From Selaginella moellendorffii (taxonomy: Eukaryota; Plantae; Lycopodiophyta), in the NCBI RefSeq assembly GCF_000143415.4, contig NW_003314345.1:638574-702573 (forward strand): a stretch of DNA of 64,000 nucleotides. Direction: 5' to 3'. The notes beneath the pieces were generated by a model, which did not search any database, was not told the origin of the DNA, and saw only the letters and a list, made by a program, of their open reading frames with translations. The position numbers and the translations under genes were made by a program. Shown here one piece after another: positions 60,661 through 64,000 of the stretch. Positions within the stretch are counted from its first letter, which is position 1. The number at the start of each line of letters is the position of its first letter.

Positions 60661-61449
60661 GTTACACATATATTCTTTTTTACACATGCCAAATGTCTAG
60701 GGAAATAAAATGCAAGGAAATATAGACCACATTATAGTGGCAGAGCACATTGGCACGCTACCATTCTCTCATGTGAAATTGTCTTTCAGTCTTGGAAATG
60801 TAGATAAAGTTGATTCTTTGATGTGATATTACTTTTGAGTCTTTCGAAAGATTTTGATTTCTTTTATCATTATTTACAAACAATTTTTGAAAACTTTTAA
60901 TGAGGATTCACTGCAAAATATACCTTGGTCTTATCATATTAGAGGATTGTGATATAGGCAAGCAACAGAGTTTTTAATATGAATTAATATGTAAATTACA
61001 AATGTCATGGAAAGTTTTATGGAGTAGATTTCTTGGTGCTTTCCACCGTGCTGTTCATTTCTTCATTTCTCTGCTCTAGACTGTTGTTTCAGAAGTAACA
61101 GGAGCATTTTTATCAATCGTGATAATGGTTTCCACATTCCCAGATGGGTAATAAGGACCAGGAGTGTAATATGGAAATTGTGGTAGTGAAACAAAATTAG
61201 CATTCTCACTTTCCTTTACACTACAACTCTTACTCACAGATCTTGTATTTTCCTTGCTTCCCATCTTCTCAAGAACCCTAAAAAAAGCTTTTGAATGAAG
61301 GAATAGTATCTACAGCTGTTAAAGTATTCAAAATATTAAATAGTCAAATCAAATATGACAGCTGTAACAGTTGTCATAATAAAATAATATAGTTGAGGTG
61401 TCATACAGCCAGCATCTTCCTACTAAAATCGTAGTAGCTGATGACTCCG

Positions 61450-64000
61450 AGTGTATTTTGTCATGCCATTTCTTGGAGACAAAGAAGACATCTAGACACA
61501 CAACTGGCAGAAAGAATCAAACCAATCGGACATGTTGCATGCGAGTTTTAGCTCTTTGAGTTCAAAATTTCCTACCGTGGAGCTCCCAGTATAGGTCCAA
61601 GTGTATTACATTGAAACTTCAGCACCAAACTTGGACTGGACTTCAGTGGAGGATCTTCCTTCACTTGAAGAGTACTTGGCTACAGTTCTTGCATTGGACA
61701 TCGAGCGCTCAAAGCATCAGAAGCAAAGAGAACAACAGACAAAGACTCCGAATCCAACAGCAACGTTCTTGCCTGACTTGCCAGAGACGGTCTTGCCGGA
61801 TGTGGTGTCCCCAGCATCTTTATTTGAAGAAGAGGACACTTCTATGATTATAGATTATTTCGACGGTGCTTTCTGCCCCAAAAACCAGGTTGCTGGCATT
61901 GGAGTTTGGATGATTGATTCTGCGGAGAACAAAGTAGCTGACCTCTCTATCACTTTGCCAGCAACATCAGCTAATGAAGTAGAGTACATGGCGGCTATCA
62001 GTGCCATGAAGTTGGCCATAGATCTCAAGTTTAGGCGAGTCACTTTCATTGGAGATGCACAACTCATCATACGCCAACTTACTGGAGAATACCAAGTCCG
62101 TAAGGAGAACCTGAAAGAGCTATGGCAGTGGGCAGTCAACCTAAAGTATGAGTTCTCTTAGGTGACTTTTCAAAGTGTCCCTCATGAGGAAAACTTTTGG
62201 GCGGACAGGTTATCACATCAAGCAATCACCATGATGCGAGAGGCAAAAGGCACTGCCTGCTCTTTGGTTTCCAAGGTTAGAGAGGAATCTGAGATGGATG
62301 AGCCCCTTGCACCCAAGGTTTCTCCAGACTCCAGGGTTCATGCTATTTTCCTAGGCGATGACAAGGACCTGGTCTTTATCACCACATCCCTTGCTTCAAC
62401 AAACACAGAAAAGCTCTTGAATTTCCTTCACTGTTTCAAGGACGTGTTTGCTTGGAACTACAGCCAGCTTCTAGGAGTTCTTTTGGACGCAATCATGCAT
62501 AGTATTGTGCTTTCAGAAACAGCCAAACCAGTCCATCAAAAGATGCGGCATTTCAGCCCGGCAGCTCACTCAGAGATGAAGTTGGAGATCGAGTGACTTC
62601 TGGCAGCTGGCTTTATTTACCCTTTGGAGAGCTCAGAGTGGGTGGCCAATCTCATTCCTGCACGCAAGGCAAATGGAAAACTCCGCCTCTGCGTTGACTT
62701 TCGAGACTTGAACAAGGCAACTGCGAAAGATCACTTTTCAACTCCATTTATCAATGCGATTGTGGATAAGATGGCTGAACACCGTTACTACTCTTTCATG
62801 GATGATTTTTCAGAGTACAACCAGATCTTCATTTATCCTGATCATTGAGATCTTACGGCCTTCCAAACACCTTGGGGCATCTTTGCTTTCAACGTCCTCC
62901 CGTTTGGCTTGTGTAATGCCGGAGCTACTTTTCAACAGCTTATGACCCATGCCTTTCACGATTTGATTGGAGGTGCCTTAAGGGTGTATATGGATGATCT
63001 GTGCATGACCTCTAACTCTTTTAAGGATCACCTTGTGAACTTGGAACAAATATTCACTCACTGCCAGCAACATAGGTTTTCATTGAACCCGGCAAAGTGT
63101 AAATTCGGGGTGACTGAAGGCCAGTTACTAGGCTTTGATGTCTCCCAGGATGGGATCAAATCCTAGGTAGCCAAGGCTTAGGAGATCCTGGATCGGAACC
63201 CACCAACCAACGTGAAGCAACTTCGCAGTTTCCTCGGGCAAACGGGTTTCTTTCGCCGTTTCCTCCACAACTATGCCACACGTTCATGGCCCCTTATAGC
63301 TCTACTACAACACAACGTTCCATTTTTCTGGGGTGAGTCCCAGCAACAAGCCTTTGAATCACTGAAGCAGTCACTCCACATGGCCCTGGTCCTCCAACCA
63401 CCAGAACAACAACTTCCTTTTGACATTTACATCACAATGGGCATAGAGGCTTTTGGAGTATGCCTTTGCCAATATTCACAGCCCGGCAAGCCACCACATG
63501 CAACATACTATGCCTCACATTCGTTCAAGGAGACTGAGAAGAAGTACGTGGATGCAAAAAAAGAAGCAATGGTTGTTGTTTACACCTTGGAGCGATTTCG
63601 TCACTTTCTCGTTGGAGCCCATATCCATTTCCATGTCTATTTTAATGTGCTAACCTTTCTTTTACAGTGACTGGTTCACAGTCCTCATACTTTATCTTGG
63701 ATTGTGACCATCCAAGAGTTCCAGCCACTTTTCACATGCGGCGGAAGTGTGTGATGGATCCGAGCGAGTTCTTGGTTGCCAAAGCTACTTCCTTTGTGGT
63801 CCCAGCAGCATTATAGGACATTGTGGTGTACCTGGATTCAGGTCAGTTCCCAACAAATTCCTCACTAGTGCAACAAAAGGCATTGGAGATCCGAGCACGG
63901 GGTTTTTGCCTTCTCGACAGACACCTTTACAGGAGAACTTCTCAAGACGTTTTGTTGCGGTGTGTGGGGGAACATGAGGTCCCTTAGCTTCTTTGCGCTT
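61450..64000 (+). pseudogene. Tat-like gypsy pol with an additional RNase H upstream of RT
   Basis: YFDGAF...SANEVEYMA...IGDAQLIIRQLTGEYQV, then RT (GKLRLCVDFRDLNK, YMDD) and canonical RNase H (YYASH...KEAMVVVY). Several stops. Confidence 0.85.

Larger units (their letters stand above)
43200..61447. mobile_element. Mutator-like cargo-carrying element or gene block, ends not defined; contains the family A insertion
   Basis: MULE-like transposase, divergent ParB-MTase gene and two small Zn-finger-like genes, bounded by retroelement sequence on both sides. No TIR/TSD pair found. Confidence 0.5.

Noticed and set aside
42642-61460. TIR/TSD pair for the MULE-like block
   Set aside because: I could not find the reverse complement of the 61350-61447 end on the left side, so boundaries are left approximate.

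Overview
Transposon-dense eukaryotic DNA, most likely a land plant: it has GT-AG introns, AAACCCT telo-motifs, tRNA-Met primer-binding sites (PBS) and heavy C>T/G>A decay. No ordinary host gene is recognisable. The background is nested Ty3/gypsy material: a chromovirus family (LTR-B), a non-coding LARD-like family (LTR-A, one complete young copy at 53376-60660), an old non-chromovirus gypsy split by an apparent ~28-kb inversion, a Tat-like pol, a TRIM and a LINE fragment. Two large cargo-carrying DNA transposons stand out. (1) A 13.4-kb Sola-type element (26899-40338; 24-bp perfect TIRs, 4-bp TSD AACA) has an open transposase ORF, a divergent multi-exon gene (ParB/Srx-like, degenerate MTase-like, acidic and FCP1/NIF phosphatase-like segments) and about 20 copies of a 22-bp palindrome, many in introns. 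A 288-bp MITE with the same ends is at 5111-5398. (2) A Mutator-like block (~43.2-61.4 kb; GCM-like/DDE/SWIM transposase) has a divergent intron-containing gene joining a ParB/Srx-like domain to a bacterial-type beta-class DNA amino-methyltransferase fold, with a tandem hairpin array in intron 1. The repeated layout of transposase, divergent ParB-MTase gene and palindromic sites in two unrelated superfamilies is the main candidate novel system. All domain calls come from reading motifs by eye; no searches were run.
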